Source: Epithemia pelagica (lineage: Eukaryota; Protista; Bacillariophyta). From it: a DNA stretch of 64,000 nucleotides. Shown here in pieces: positions 1 through 11,544 of the stretch. Made by a program: the position numbers and the translations under genes. Location: NCBI GenBank assembly GCA_946965045.2, contig OX337231.1, forward strand, positions 124,001 to 188,000. Direction: 5' to 3'. The first letter of the stretch is position 1. Every line of letters begins with the position of its first letter. The notes beneath the pieces are model-generated. The model saw only the letters and a list, made by a program, of their open reading frames with translations, was not told where the DNA came from and searched no databases.

Positions 1-3000
1 CTTGAACTCGGGTCCTGCCACAATATATAACTTCTCCCCAGTCAATGCTTCAAGATACGCATTCCCAATGTCTGCTCCCCATACTTCTAGATCGTTCAGA
101 GATCCAAGGAATAAAGCAATTCGTAGGTTGCGAATAGAAACAACTCCAGAGTAGATCGTTTCCACAGGTTCCTTTGTCAAGTGTCCATCTGCAACAAGTC
201 GTGCCTTGTGCCTACCATCATGTTTCACATCAAAAACGAGATGCACTCGAATCTTTTGATATCCCTCAGGTGCATTTGATACCTTGCCATTTGTGAAGAT
301 GGCCTTCCCATGGTCCTTGAATGTCTCATATGATTGTATCTGAGACAGTTCCAATTCAGTTGCGTCTTGCCACCTTGTGGTACCATTTTGTTTGTCAAGA
401 TTGACAGCCTCGGCGTAATCTCGAGGGACTTGGAATCCAAACTTATACTTGACTGATCGACGTACTTGTTTGATCCTTGATTGTTTTGCAGCACGTATCA
501 GGCGTTTACTCGTCTTGACGTAGCGTTTCAGGTGTTTCCATCCTGGTTCGTTGAGGAGCCCATGCTTCTTTCCATATATGGCAACAGTGATTGGGTCGTC
601 GTTGGCAATAAGGGAGAGTGGTTCATAGGTTGTCTCCCCAGTTTCCCAATCCACAAGCAAGTTATACTTACTCCCCTTATAATCCGGGTCGGTTGAAGAC
701 AGTGGGCCTTGATGTGCAATAACATCCCTGAAACGGAACAAATTATCTCCCGAGGTCTGCGCTTGATTGTCCCTCTCAATATACTCCATCAACTGGTTAT
801 AAGAGATCATTTCATCAACGTCAGAATTTGTCTTGCGGTAGATGTACTTGATGCGTTCTTCTTGCTTGAGTGATTCTTCATTAAGATCTACAACTCGTTT
901 GACAACGCGTGCTCGATGACGCTCCCCATTTTCTTCAGTGTCGCATAGGAAAGTGCGTCCTATCATGTCTTCGTAATCGATTGTAGGCATTGGTTTGGAT
1001 GGATCTTCACTTTTACTGCGAATGAAGACAGTGTCAGCCTGCTTATCAGTGTCATCTTTCGGAGACGTCTCCCCTGAAGGTCGATCCACACGAAGGTTGG
1101 GTGTAGTGGAAGCGACACGGCGAACAGCGGAACGGTAGAGGATATGGTTGTCAGCAGACAAAATCTTCCATGTAAAAGCATCACCAACGTTGTGAGCAAA
1201 ACCAACCCAATGGCCAAGTTTCTCATCGGTCGAAGAAGGGTAGGGACCAGACGACGGTTCGGAGGGGTCAACACGATAGTAGACATCATCCCAGAAGGGA
1301 AAGAACAGGAGGTGCGAAATGTCGGGAGGGTGACCGGTGAGAGCCTCAATAGGGGTACGTCCAGAGTGTGCATGTGAAGAAGAATGATTCAATAAGTCAC
1401 AGACATATTCAAGGCAAAGTAACCAAACATTGGCCGGGCATCCAGTTGCATTCATGATAGCGTTCGTCATTCGTTTAACGGTCTGATAACGATTCTCGGC
1501 TTTGTTCTGATGCTGGTGGTATGGTTCAGTATCGTACTCCCCGATGAGCAAGGTGCGAAGGATATCCTTAACCTTATGGGAAATGAGAGATGAACCTCCA
1601 TCACTAATGAGTGTCTCCATAACACCTCGCATGCGTATATTGTCTTGAAGAGTGTTCACAAATTGCTTGGTAGACTTGATACCGTAAATATCAGTGACAA
1701 GAGTATCGCGGCCAACAAAAATTTGAGCCACCTTTCCACCATGATCAACAGCAGGTGTATCAGAAAAGATCGAGTCGGTAGCAACGGGTTCATGACGACG
1801 TGGTAGATTCAGGATAGGGTTGCGTGCCTTGAAATGTTTCTTGAGAGTGTCACAGTCAAAAGTCACATTAGCATGTCGCGTAGTATGCTTGAAAGTATCG
1901 GCAATAACTTCCTCGGATTGCCAACCAAAGAAGGGACGAAATTGTTTCCAATCATGTTCTTCCACATAACGACGATGGACAGATGCATGTTGAAGGGTTG
2001 GGTCTTCACCATTAGCATCAGCATAGATAGAGAAATATGTGGTGTTGTCGGGTCCGTGGTCATAAGGAAGGTCAAGGAGAAGATTGAGATTGCAGACAAC
2101 ACGATCAGTATACTCCCCATACGTGTCATATGGATAATGTGCCATACTGCCGTCGGTCTCAACCTGATGCCATGTAGTAGAAGCATCATGCTGTGGATCT
2201 GAATGAGTATGGTCAAGAACAGAGGGGTCCCAAGTAGATGGCGAAGTAAAGATGATTTGCGGCAATCGGTCCATGTCATCATCAGAAGGGATACCTAATG
2301 AGTGGATAAAGGCGAGTCCATCCTTGATACATAGAGGTAAAGCACGTCCATCAAGGGTAGTGATACGTTGCTTTCCATCCACCTTGACAGAACGTTCATC
2401 CACAGATAGCCCATAATGTTCCAATTGACAAGGCGCATGTATAGACTGTCCTTTTCCATAGTATGCATATTCGTTGAAGATGCCAACGATTGGTCCATCA
2501 TTAGTTTCAAACTTGGCAGCACAAGTGACAATGGGGAGACCAGTAAGTTCGTGGTTGTCGATTCCCACAATCGTGATGTTGCGACCTGTCTTGGAAAGGA
2601 TACGCATATCAGCTCCGGCTAAACCACCATTGGCACCACGATCAATGAGTTGATTCCCAGTATAAGTCGACTTTCGAGAGAACATATATTGAGTCATGTG
2701 GATCTTCTGCTTGTGCTCATTCTGTTTGAAACTAATTTTCTTACTCGTCTTGGATGCGGCATTGGATAGAACATTAGACAAATCAGAAGCTGGGTGATTG
2801 ATGTCGGTTGACGTCATTGCTTGATGGATGAGTTGGGTGGCTGGATCGGAATCATCCTGCGGATATGTGGGGTTGTCCAGGTCATCGAAAACATCTTGAC
2901 CAGGGTCAGGATCAGGTTCAGGATCAATGTCAAGGGAGTGTTGCTGTACTTTTCTTGGACTCGGAGTAGAAGCTTGCACGTTCTTGTTATACTCAACAAT

Positions 3001-4356
3001 CATCTTGCGAGCATCCTCAGGAAGTTTAAACCATAGGTCACGAGGAAGACTGGCTTTTGGAGATGCCGTGTTATCATCTTGGACATTGGTATTGTTTATC
3101 TGATATGCATCGTCTTCCTGAAGGGATCCCTCAATATCATGTTGTGTTTCGTGTTGCTCGTGTTGCTTGACACTACGACGACGACCAGTTGCAGAAGATT
3201 GCGTGACTTGATCATGGTCATATGCTGCGTCCATCAAAATGGAGAAGTACGACTGATAACATAAAGACTTTGCTCCAGACTTCGTGTTGACAACGTTGTC
3301 CAAGATTTTAACTCTGCGAAGGTCAGGTACCTTCTCGACAGCTTGCATAAGAAACGTCATCCTGGTGTGATCAGGTATGCGATCAGAGAGATCAACGAGG
3401 TTATCGAGTAAACGTAGTTTGTCTTGGAAATGAAGCAAAAATTGACGTGATGATCCACGCCATGTATCATCGAGGCGAAGGTTGGAGATGTAATTGGTTA
3501 ATCGTAAGACCTCTCGTTTTGCTAAGTCTGACTTCGTATGCAATGTGTGAAGCTTCTGTAACACTGCTCGTGCGTCTTCATCATGTTCATGTTCGCGAAC
3601 ATAAGCTCTTCCTTGATCAGTCTGGATGATGCGCACAAGGACGGAGTATAGGAAGATTTGTTGCTCTTGGAAAAGTTCTGTTGCATACGTATCATTCGTC
3701 GGCGGCTTGTATCGGAAGTCAAGAACATTAGATAAACCTTGGGCTTTTGCTGTGGTCTTGAAAGTCCTCCAGAACGTGTCGTAGTATCGTTCATCCTTGA
3801 ATGTTTCATATGCCATAGCGTCACGCTTGGTTCCCTTCTTGAATGCGGTTAGGTCCAGTTGGGACTGTGATGCAGCAGAAGTAGTACTAAACGATTTGGG
3901 TGACGTCGAATGGGATGGAGATTTCATAGGTGATACTGGGTCATTGATAGGGCTTCCGGAGCGAAAGTCAGTGTTTATCCTCCATAGATCAAATTCTGCC
4001 TTGGTCAGATTCATCCAGGTTGCCTTGGAAGGTATACCCTGAATGTCGATACTCGTTTGTCGGAACCAATGGGCAAGCAACTTGATCTGCTGGCTTGTAT
4101 TGACATGTAGATCGTGCATTTGTTTTCCTGACTTGTATTTTGTCATACTATCCATGTTCTTCTCAGGGTCAATTGCCATATGTTCAATGATACTAAGGAT
4201 ATCATCAAAAGCATGATGGTGCATCCATTTCACGAGTACATCGACCCTTTCCTTGGAAAAGTTGAACAACACCTGAGTAATATGATCAAAGACTTCTTGA
4301 TCAGATATACTTTGATTGGTGTTGAACTCTGGTGTGGTCGGTGTAGTTGGTTCCAT
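1..4356 (-). CDS. Copia Gag-Pol polyprotein, single ORF of at least 1452 codons, 3'-partial
   Basis: I scanned the frame by hand and found no stop from 4464 down to position 1. The first ATG is at 4356 (MEPTTPTTPEFNTNQ...). The ORF is probably missing from the supplied track because it has no stop inside the window. Confidence 0.92.
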   Translation of the reverse strand, partial: MEPTTPTTPEFNTNQSISDQEVFDHITQVLFNFSKERVDVLVKWMHHHAFDDILSIIEHMAIDPEKNMDSMTKYKSGKQMHDLHVNTSQQIKLLAHWFRQTSIDIQGIPSKATWMNLTKAEFDLWRINTDFRSGSPINDPVSPMKSPSHSTSPKSFSTTSAASQSQLDLTAFKKGTKRDAMAYETFKDERYYDTFWRTFKTTAKAQGLSNVLDFRYKPPTNDTYATELFQEQQIFLYSVLVRIIQTDQGRAYVREHEHDEDARAVLQKLHTLHTKSDLAKREVLRLTNYISNLRLDDTWRGSSRQFLLHFQDKLRLLDNLVDLSDRIPDHTRMTFLMQAVEKVPDLRRVKILDNVVNTKSGAKSLCYQSYFSILMDAAYDHDQVTQSSATGRRRSVKQHEQHETQHDIEGSLQEDDAYQINNTNVQDDNTASPKASLPRDLWFKLPEDARKMIVEYNKNVQASTPSPRKVQQHSLDIDPEPDPDPGQDVFDDLDNPTYPQDDSDPATQLIHQAMTSTDINHPASDLSNVLSNAASKTSKKISFKQNEHKQKIHMTQYMFSRKSTYTGNQLIDRGANGGLAGADMRILSKTGRNITIVGIDNHELTGLPIVTCAAKFETNDGPIVGIFNEYAYYGKGQSIHAPCQLEHYGLSVDERSVKVDGKQRITTLDGRALPLCIKDGLAFIHSLGIPSDDDMDRLPQIIFTSPSTWDPSVLDHTHSDPQHDASTTWHQVETDGSMAHYPYDTYGEYTDRVVCNLNLLLDLPYDHGPDNTTYFSIYADANGEDPTLQHASVHRRYVEEHDWKQFRPFFGWQSEEVIADTFKHTTRHANVTFDCDTLKKHFKARNPILNLPRRHEPVATDSIFSDTPAVDHGGKVAQIFVGRDTLVTDIYGIKSTKQFVNTLQDNIRMRGVMETLISDGGSSLISHKVKDILRTLLIGEYDTEPYHQHQNKAENRYQTVKRMTNAIMNATGCPANVWLLCLEYVCDLLNHSSSHAHSGRTPIEALTGHPPDISHLLFFPFWDDVYYRVDPSEPSSGPYPSSTDEKLGHWVGFAHNVGDAFTWKILSADNHILYRSAVRRVASTTPNLRVDRPSGETSPKDDTDKQADTVFIRSKSEDPSKPMPTIDYEDMIGRTFLCDTEENGERHRARVVKRVVDLNEESLKQEERIKYIYRKTNSDVDEMISYNQLMEYIERDNQAQTSGDNLFRFRDVIAHQGPLSSTDPDYKGSKYNLLVDWETGETTYEPLSLIANDDPITVAIYGKKHGLLNEPGWKHLKRYVKTSKRLIRAAKQSRIKQVRRSVKYKFGFQVPRDYAEAVNLDKQNGTTRWQDATELELSQIQSYETFKDHGKAIFTNGKVSNAPEGYQKIRVHLVFDVKHDGRHKARLVADGHLTKEPVETIYSGVVSIRNLRIALFLGSLNDLEVWGADIGNAYLEALTGEKLYIVAGPEFK

Positions 4357-4447
4357 GATTGCTCGACTTGGTGATGAGATATGTTGATATGTGTCCTGCA
4401 ATGTCTTAGTCGAAAACTTTAGTAATGTCTTGTGCTTCGTGATGAGA

Positions 4448-4570
4448 ACCCGGATGTAAAAGTCTCAACCCGGATGTGTGGTGTGCCTTCTGAACCCGGA
4501 TGTGCCACGTGTGTGCCACGTATGAAGTACCCGGATGTGTGTTGTGATGTCCAAAAGGTAACCCGGATGT
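4448..4570. repeat. Five copies of ACCCGGATGT in the copia 5' leader
   Basis: Exact 10-mer at 4448, 4468, 4494, 4529 and 4561. Confidence 0.9.
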
Positions 4571-4957
4571 GCGGAACTTGGTTTTGTCTCCGGTTTGGTG
4601 TGAAAACTACTTAAAGTTACTTATTCTTGGTCACTTCCAGACTCGTTGCGGTGATCGAGTTGAACCGGAGATTCAGTAACAGAAGGCGGCTTGTTCGTCG
4701 TACTCGTAGTAGTCCTCAACAAAAGTGGTTCACTGGTTGGATGAGTATTGGGAAGGTAGTTGCACGGAGTCCTGGTGCAGCTTGAGGTCCTGGAATAGGA
4801 GAGGGTTGGTGACCCTAGCCTTAGCCAGGCTGGCCCTGTTGATGGGTTGAGTAGCTTTGTCCTCTAACTCTTGTTTGTTGTGGTAGCTCAATCTGTAACG
4901 GGTGTTGATGGGTAAGTGAGGTTTCAATTGCAACTGCAGGGAAATAAGCAGTGAGAC

Positions 4958-5777
4958 TGTTAATCTAGTAGAATTCCGTCAGTACACGCTCTAGAAGAGC
5001 CACAATCGATTACCAACTGATACCAAGGTTCTCCACGGGTCAGAGAACAAAGGAAACCCAAGGGTTCTATCGTAGGGATAGCCAGGACACTGAAGACGTG
5101 ATGATATGGTAATGTTAATGATTGTGAGCTTACTACTAGGTTTGGTGTGTGAGATTTCCATTCTTGTTGTCGATCGTGTGAAATAGGTTCTTGGCGGTGA
5201 TAGGTCTGGAATGGTTGGAGTTGATGTATGTGAGGTATATAACATGTATATGTGCTTGTATATCATATACAGCCTCAACGATTCTTGGCTAAAGTTGGTA
5301 TATGTAGTTTTGTTGGCGCGTCCTTGTTTGCAATCTTGAAATAGTGGGAACGATGATATGGTCTCGCGTGATCGTGATTCGTGCCTTGTGTACTTAGACC
5401 GTTGGGTCGGATACATGATCGCCACGCTCGGATAGTTCTTGCGCGCATCTTGACGAATTTGGGCGCGCACGCTTAGGGCATAGGTCAGGCTCGGATGTTC
5501 AACGGATGATCGTTCGTTGATAGGATATCAAGACCAAAGTTGAGTCTTGATAGCACGTTCGTCAATCTGTTCTCACTTTTTGGTATATGCGACCGAAATA
5601 TAGGTTGAGCTAGCGCGAAGCTAGGTATGTAGTGTGGATATAGGTGATGTAGGTGATGTTTGAATCCACGGGACTCGACTAACCGATGAGGTGCCGAACC
5701 TAACCGATGATTTTCGGTGAGAGTTCTACTAGGCGCGAAGCCCCTCTAACTAAAAATCATGGTCCAGAGATGTTACA
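4958..5777 (-). repeat. Probable 5' LTR of the copia element (inner boundary uncertain)
   Basis: Starts TGTAACA at 5777 and can end ...TTAACA at 4958. An alternative inner boundary is near 5026, because a 9-nt tRNA-iMet-like PBS (TGGTATCAG) occupies 5017-5025. The partner LTR is not in the window. Confidence 0.5.
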
Positions 5778-6580
5778 TGGATGATTGTTAGGTGGCGGTG
5801 GACCTCAACCTCCTTGAGGTGCGCAATGGCAATGGCCATTTCCACGAACGAGTGTCGCGTTCATCACGACTTTGGGAGTCAGATTCAGATGATGGTATTC
5901 TTTGTCCCCAAATCCCACAAACGTACGAATTTTTGATTTTTAGTTCGCGCTGCTCGCCTCAATCTACGAGTACTGATCCGAATTGTGCCTTATGCCCTTA
6001 CTTCCGACCACGAACAATAATAAAGTAGCTCTCTTAGTACAATAAAGTGGGCATAAGGCATAAGGCATGAGGTGAACGGTGAACATTTCAAATAATGACG
6101 TCCGAACCTAAGAGCGGGCATCACGCCCAACGTAGATCGCATTCTGGTTGGTAAGCTGGTCTTGTTCCTGACAATCAATATATGCCCACACACCCTCGGC
6201 TTAAATGGCTGTTTTTTTGTTCTTGGTTGGTCCTCAATAATTAGCAGCGAGTGAGGAACGGTGCACCGTTTGGAGATTTTTCATGGCAACCCAACCGACC
6301 TGGCCATGAAACAACACTCCGTCCTCTCCAAAGAGAGCCAACCGTGCCCTCCAAACAACAATGGAGCGACCCCTAAGTGGTTGACGATCTTCCTAAGCAG
6401 GGGAATGTCTCAACGCCGCTGACGCAACGGTAATTGCAAGCCCAACGCCCCAACATGGGCCAACAACTAGAGACTATGCTTCTAATTTTTCGACAAGAGC
6501 GTCCTTTTGGAAAGGTCCAAGAAACGAACTCGTTTCTCGTCGTCGCTTGTCCATTGAAACCATTGTTGAAAAGTAAAACC

Positions 6581-8046
6581 ATGATCAAGACTCTTGTTGT
6601 TCAAGGTAGTATTGCAGTCCTCCTGTTGCTCCTGTTCGGGACGGACGAGACGATGGCTGCTACTCCGGTTGCCGCCTCGCAAGTTGCTCCTCCGGCGGCC
6701 GCTCCCGTTGCTATTGGTGGCATCAACACGATTGAGACTGCCGTTGAACCACTCGCGGTCTGCAAGACTTTTGAGGTACTTGCGGACGAAAATTGCCAAA
6801 GTCAAGCGACCGCCCAAGCCTTTTACGGTGGACCTCGCGATCCAGATACATTGTTGTTTTCGGTTTCTCGCTCAGCCCCGTACGGTTTGGGCACCACTAC
6901 TGTCAGCTTGACCGTCGACGACAAAGCTGCAGGCATAGAAGAAGCATGCGACGATGCTTCTATCAAGGTGCTACCACTGGTACAGCCGATCTGTAACAAT
7001 GTGGTTGTGACGGCCAACTCGAGCTGCCTTGGTTCCGTCACAGACGTCAAAGAGTTATATGGTGGAACTTGTGTCGATGATAATTTACTGGCTTTTATCG
7101 TTTCCGAATCAGGGCCGTTCCCTGTTGGCACCAGTAATGTTCAGTTGACGATCATTGATGGTTGGGGGGAGCAGAAAGATGCAATGCTTCCATCACCGTG
7201 ACGAGTACTACACCCGAATGTTCGAATGGTGGTGGTTCTGGCAAGAGCCCCATCTTCTTGTTGGTCAAGTTATTGTTCCGATGGCTCAAGAATGGTGGGT
7301 TTGAGAAAATCATTGATTTAATCGGTGCGATTGGTGGAAACGGCAAAGGAGGAAAAGACAAAGGAAAGGATGGTAGTCGTCGCAACGGTCGTCGTCATCC
7401 TCGTGCGGCCGCAGCAGGACAATGCCAACTGTTTGAAAGCAAGGGAGTTCCGACTGCAGTCAATCCGAGCGCCACTCAACAGGATGTGCAAACGATTTTG
7501 GGCCACATGCAAGATGGCACGAGCGTTTCGGTCTCGACGCTCCGTTCCCTCTACCTTTCCTTGTTGTCCGGTTTGGACCTGGACGACACGACACAGATTG
7601 ATTTGGAGGTCTTGGTGGAAGATGCCTTGACTGCAATCGACCTCAATGGAGATGGATCGATTGATGCGAGCGAAATGGATCAAGTGCAGCTCCCACGCCA
7701 GATGGGAGACTTCCTCTTTGATGATGTCATGGCGTGCACGTCATCCAACTTTCAGACGTCGTCTGGAGAAACATGTGTGACACCCGATAATGTCGTGGAT
7801 TTTTTGAACCAGTTTTATGCTGGTACCGAGGTGGTGAGTGCTGACTTGGCTCGGGAGATTCGTGAGAAGAGTGGTTCCGATGCCTGTTACACCCGTGAAG
7901 AGTTTGAGGCAGCGTTTGGTGGCGCTGCTCCGACGCTTTTCGAGAAAGAAAATTTGTTGGCGGGTGTTGCGGCTCACCAGCAGCAGTCCACGGTTGCTGG
8001 GACGGCTGGCGTGGCTGGTGCAGTCGGAACCGCTGCTGGAATGTAA
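6581..8046 (+). CDS. Secreted protein with two HYR/Ig-like repeats and a C-terminal EF-hand region; split by a frameshift at a G6 run (7164-7169)
   Basis: Signal peptide MIKTLVVQGSIAVLLLLLFGTDETMA. The two repeats end PYGLGTTTVSLTVDD..C and PFPVGTSNVQLTIIDG|GAERCNASITV. The second ORF (7162-8046) continues repeat 2 in the -1 frame and contains the canonical EF loop DLNGDGSIDASE. Confidence 0.8.
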
Positions 8047-8439
8047 GAACAGGATTCGCTTTGTTGTGTTGTACACGACGATGAATGAGTACTATAACAC
8101 TACCTCCCTCTTAGCAATAATGAATGTGTATGTTTTCTGTATGCTTCTTCTCTACTAGGTAGACGACATTCTTGGCTTATATGATACGATACTTGTCATG
8201 GGTCGTTACTATGCTTCAGCGAATCTTGAAACTGTCTCATATGTGACCCTTGTTGCGACAACACACAAAAGTCTCGCGAACCAATCCGGACCCTCCCAAA
8301 TACCATTGGCCGAATATCCCCCACAAAACCAGCAGAAATCATCGTCCCTCTCAACTGTGGTTGGTCGAATATTCCCCCCAGCAAATGCCCAATTCCGAGA
8401 TCAGCAATCATCAGAGCTACAGGAGAATCATGAGGACCG

Positions 8440-9335
8440 AGACACTGGGATCCTCCGGCCATGCGGCACTGAACGCGTCGTCTGTGACACCCCAGTCTCT
8501 GGAGGACAACGAACAAGGCAAGACGCTCGCACTATACTGTCTGTCGTGTTGAACTTGTCGTCGTCGTTTCTCGTCCAAGAGGGTACAAAGCCCTTCACCA
8601 CAACCCACAGACACCAATGACAACCACCGAAGACATGATGGTTGTTGGTTGGTTGGATGGAGAGGCGTCTTGGGTTGACAAATGGCTGATACCCATAACA
8701 ACGAACCACTCTCCATAAGATCACATTCTGGTCGTGTTGTAGGGACACTTGTGTGTGTGTGTTTCAAGTTGGGAGGATTCAACTCGTGCACCACCCATGT
8801 CATGTTCGTTTGGCAACGCCTTGTTGGCGTGTCTACAAGACACGAGCGAATGGTTTCTTACCGCTGGGAATGTTGTTGTTGTTGCAATAGAGAGCCGCGA
8901 ATCCAGTCATACCGGTTGTCCTTGTGTCTCGCCACAACACACGAGAATCGTGACCCTGACGACATGTGTGTAGTAGGAAGACGACCACCCCCAACCATAC
9001 TCCAGGACCACCATTAGTGTCAGGAGAGCATTCGGATGTTCCCTCCTTCCTGGAGTGGTGTTGACAACCACAAAAACAACCCACAAGGAGAGAGCTTGAT
9101 TCGTGGGTCATTTGGAACCAGGACACTTGGTCCGACCACCAAGCCCACGACGGGTGCTGGACACAGGACCATTGTCACCTCTTCCTCCTCTTCCAGCTCT
9201 TGCAAACCAGTGGCACTGCTGGGACGACCCGTACGACGCCTTCAGACAGCCAAACACAGGACGGCAACGAGGAACGAGCGTGCACAGCAGACAACGCGGC
9301 CACCCTGTTCAGGTAGAAATGTATGACACGAATTT
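8440..9335. pseudogene. Degenerate duplicated segment, copy 1 (homologous to 12980-13800); product unknown
   Basis: Shares collinear blocks with copy 2, e.g. cagtctctgga, gtccaagagggtaca, gtgcaccacc, ttggcaacgc.ttgttggc and acttggtc.gacc. No long consistent ORF. Confidence 0.45.
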
Positions 9336-9466
9336 GGATTTGATGCGAGAGGAAATCGTTTGACAGCTCTGTTTTTGTGTAGGGTTGTTTTGTATGTCAA
9401 CTCAAAATCCAAGAAACGTCCGATAGCCGTCGTCACTTCTCCACACAAGGATATAATAGGACCCTT

Positions 9467-9467
<1 letters not shown>

Positions 9468-9562
<95 letters not shown>
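9468..9562. repeat. (GT)n microsatellite, about 47 units
   Basis: Directly visible perfect dinucleotide run. Confidence 0.98.
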
Positions 9563-9563
<1 letters not shown>

Positions 9564-10974
9564 TTGACGGTACGAACCTCCTGTACCATGGCCAATGCAC
9601 GGTTGATATTCGTGTCTGGTATACTGGCCGCGTTCTCCAAACAAGGGAACGTCGTCGTCCTCCATCTGCCGAATCCGGTCCATGGGCAGACAACGAAGAG
9701 GTGGATTTGGCACACACACCGAGTCCATGCCGTTTGCGACGTGACGTCTCCATCAAGTCACTGCCGCCGCCGCCGCCGCCATGAATGGTTGGGTGGGGAT
9801 GGGGATGTGCGCGACCCACCGTTCCACACACAACTGCAGTGTGGCTCTTGGGGTGTCGAGCCGAGTCGAACCTTCCGACCGGTCGTCCAGGGCGTTTCGG
9901 TTGGGTACACTTGTTGCAGCCTCTCGGAACCAGGTCCAGCCGTCCCCGCTCTGCCATCCAAGTGTGTACCGTACGGTCTACCCTCTTGGTCCAGGACCAC
10001 GACACGACCAGATCGATATAGTCGTAACCAAAACACTCTCCATTGTGGCCGTGTGTTGTGGACCGTAAAAGGTCTCTAGCAACGGGTCGTCATTCCTTTG
10101 GACTCTTGGTGCGTTGTGTGTTGTGTGTAGACGGCGCCCATTGAACGGAGGTCTTTGGTTCCTGTTGCTTCGTCCGAAAAAGAAAACGGTCACGAATCCT
10201 TGTGGATGGTCTCGTTCCACAGATCTCATGGTCGTGTATCAAAGACAATGACAAGGAGTCTCATCCTGTGTGGCAAGGGGCATGCCATGAACGACGATCT
10301 CTAGATAGATGTGTCGTGCCTTGTTGTTGGTGTGGCGTGTGGCTGCCGAGGCGCATGGGGGTCCCCCAAGTTTTGTTTGCGATGAACCTGTCATTTCTAG
10401 ATTTCAGAATGGAGACGGGCTAGGCTAGGTAGCCTCGAGGTAGCTCCAAAAGTGCTATAGGCTATAGCACAACAACTATTATTGGTCGGCTGTTATTGAA
10501 GCTGTCCTGAGAGAATACTGAAAAAGAAAGCCGAGAATAAGAAACAAGAGAGAAAGTGACGTACTCTCTTGAATATGGAAACAGGGATCAGTCGCCGGGT
10601 GCCGGTTGCCGCTCGTTTTCTGGTCATTTATCACCTTACTATTTACTATCCTGTATCCTGTCTCCACCAACTATCAATGCAAACTGCAACCCATACTGAA
10701 GCCAGATAGATTAGGGACAATTATTGTTTATAGTACTAGCCACTACATGAGAGGATCACTCTGGGATCTGGGATCTGGGATACCTCAAGCTGATTGTGCT
10801 TTCTAAAGATACTCTTGCTATCTCGATGAGTCCCGAATTCCTATCACTCCGTGTAGTTTTAATTGAAACTATCTAAATGTAAAGAGTAGAGAATCTTGTA
10901 ATCCAAAGTGATACGATAGGGCGTTCTATCAATATATTAGTAGTATGTAATTCCAGGCGGGGTTCTAATTCCTA

Positions 10975-11544
10975 CTCCCTCCTGAAAGAAAATACTTCAC
11001 GGTTTTTTTTTGTTATTTTAGTCGCATAAAAAGATTACGTAGGATCTGGTACAACTCTACAGGAGGACGGCCGGCTCATTCGGAGTATAAAAATTTTAGA
11101 ATAATATGGGGGAACATATTGGTTGACCTGCGCGAGTCTACACTATTATAGGAAAAGTACAACTTTTGTGTGCGACGAGTGAGCAGCACCATGGCCAAAG
11201 GTGCCGTCGTTGACCATGGAATTCAGCATGGAAATGGCACGAATCTTGTCAGTCGCACACATATTCCTACTCTTTGATGCCTCGAGGGGCCGCCCTGAAG
11301 AGGACGTGTTTGGAGCCGCCATAGAAGTGTCAACCGGTGGGCTCTGAAGACCAATGCTCAAAATCACGCCTTTTGAACAATCGTATCTCGTTCCAAAGCA
11401 AGAATCGAACATATAAATAATACACCAATATAGAGCTAATAAGTAGGGCTTTCTAACAAAAAAATTTTTTTGGAAAAAGGACGTTCGCTCGTGAAAATAT
11501 CGCTTTTTTGGTAAAATCGTGAAGTATTTTCTTTCAGGAGGGAG
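10975..11544. mobile_element. Stowaway-like (Tc1/mariner-derived) MITE, 570 bp
   Basis: Perfect 27-bp TIR CTCCCTCCTGAAAGAAAATACTTCACG (10975-11001) with its reverse complement ending at 11544. TA on both sides (10973-74 and 11545-46). Confidence 0.9.

Larger units (their letters stand above)
1..5777 (-). mobile_element. Ty1/copia LTR retrotransposon (diatom CoDi-like), 5' portion; 3' end lies outside the window
   Basis: The minus strand carries gag, protease (LIDRGANGGLAGADMRIL, D at 2641-2643), integrase (ATDSIFSDTPA...ISDGG...EPYHQHQNKAENR) and RT (KIRVHLVFDVKHDGRHKARLVADGH...WGADIGNAYLEA) in copia order. The outer end TGTAACA is at 5777. Confidence 0.93.

Noticed and set aside
2635-2643. 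Protease motif DRG instead of D[ST]G
   Set aside because: To my knowledge this is a usual feature of this diatom copia lineage, so it is not novel.
4991-5470. 159-aa ORF inside the LTR/leader region
   Set aside because: Non-ATG start and no recognisable motif.
5986-6060. Short inverted repeat TGCCTTATGCCC / GGGCATAAGGCA
   Set aside because: Only 12 bp with no clear TSD, too little to call a MITE.
9242-9784. ORFs with (TH)n / (CV)n runs
   Set aside because: They are translations of the (GT)n microsatellite.
10452-10470. Palindrome GTGCTATAG-G-CTATAGCAC
   Set aside because: Isolated, and similar CTAG/TATAG-rich palindromes occur elsewhere in intergenic DNA (e.g. near 46675) with no further support.
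10492-10970. Possible solo LTR starting TGTTATTG
   Set aside because: No matching ...CA inverted end or TSD could be found.
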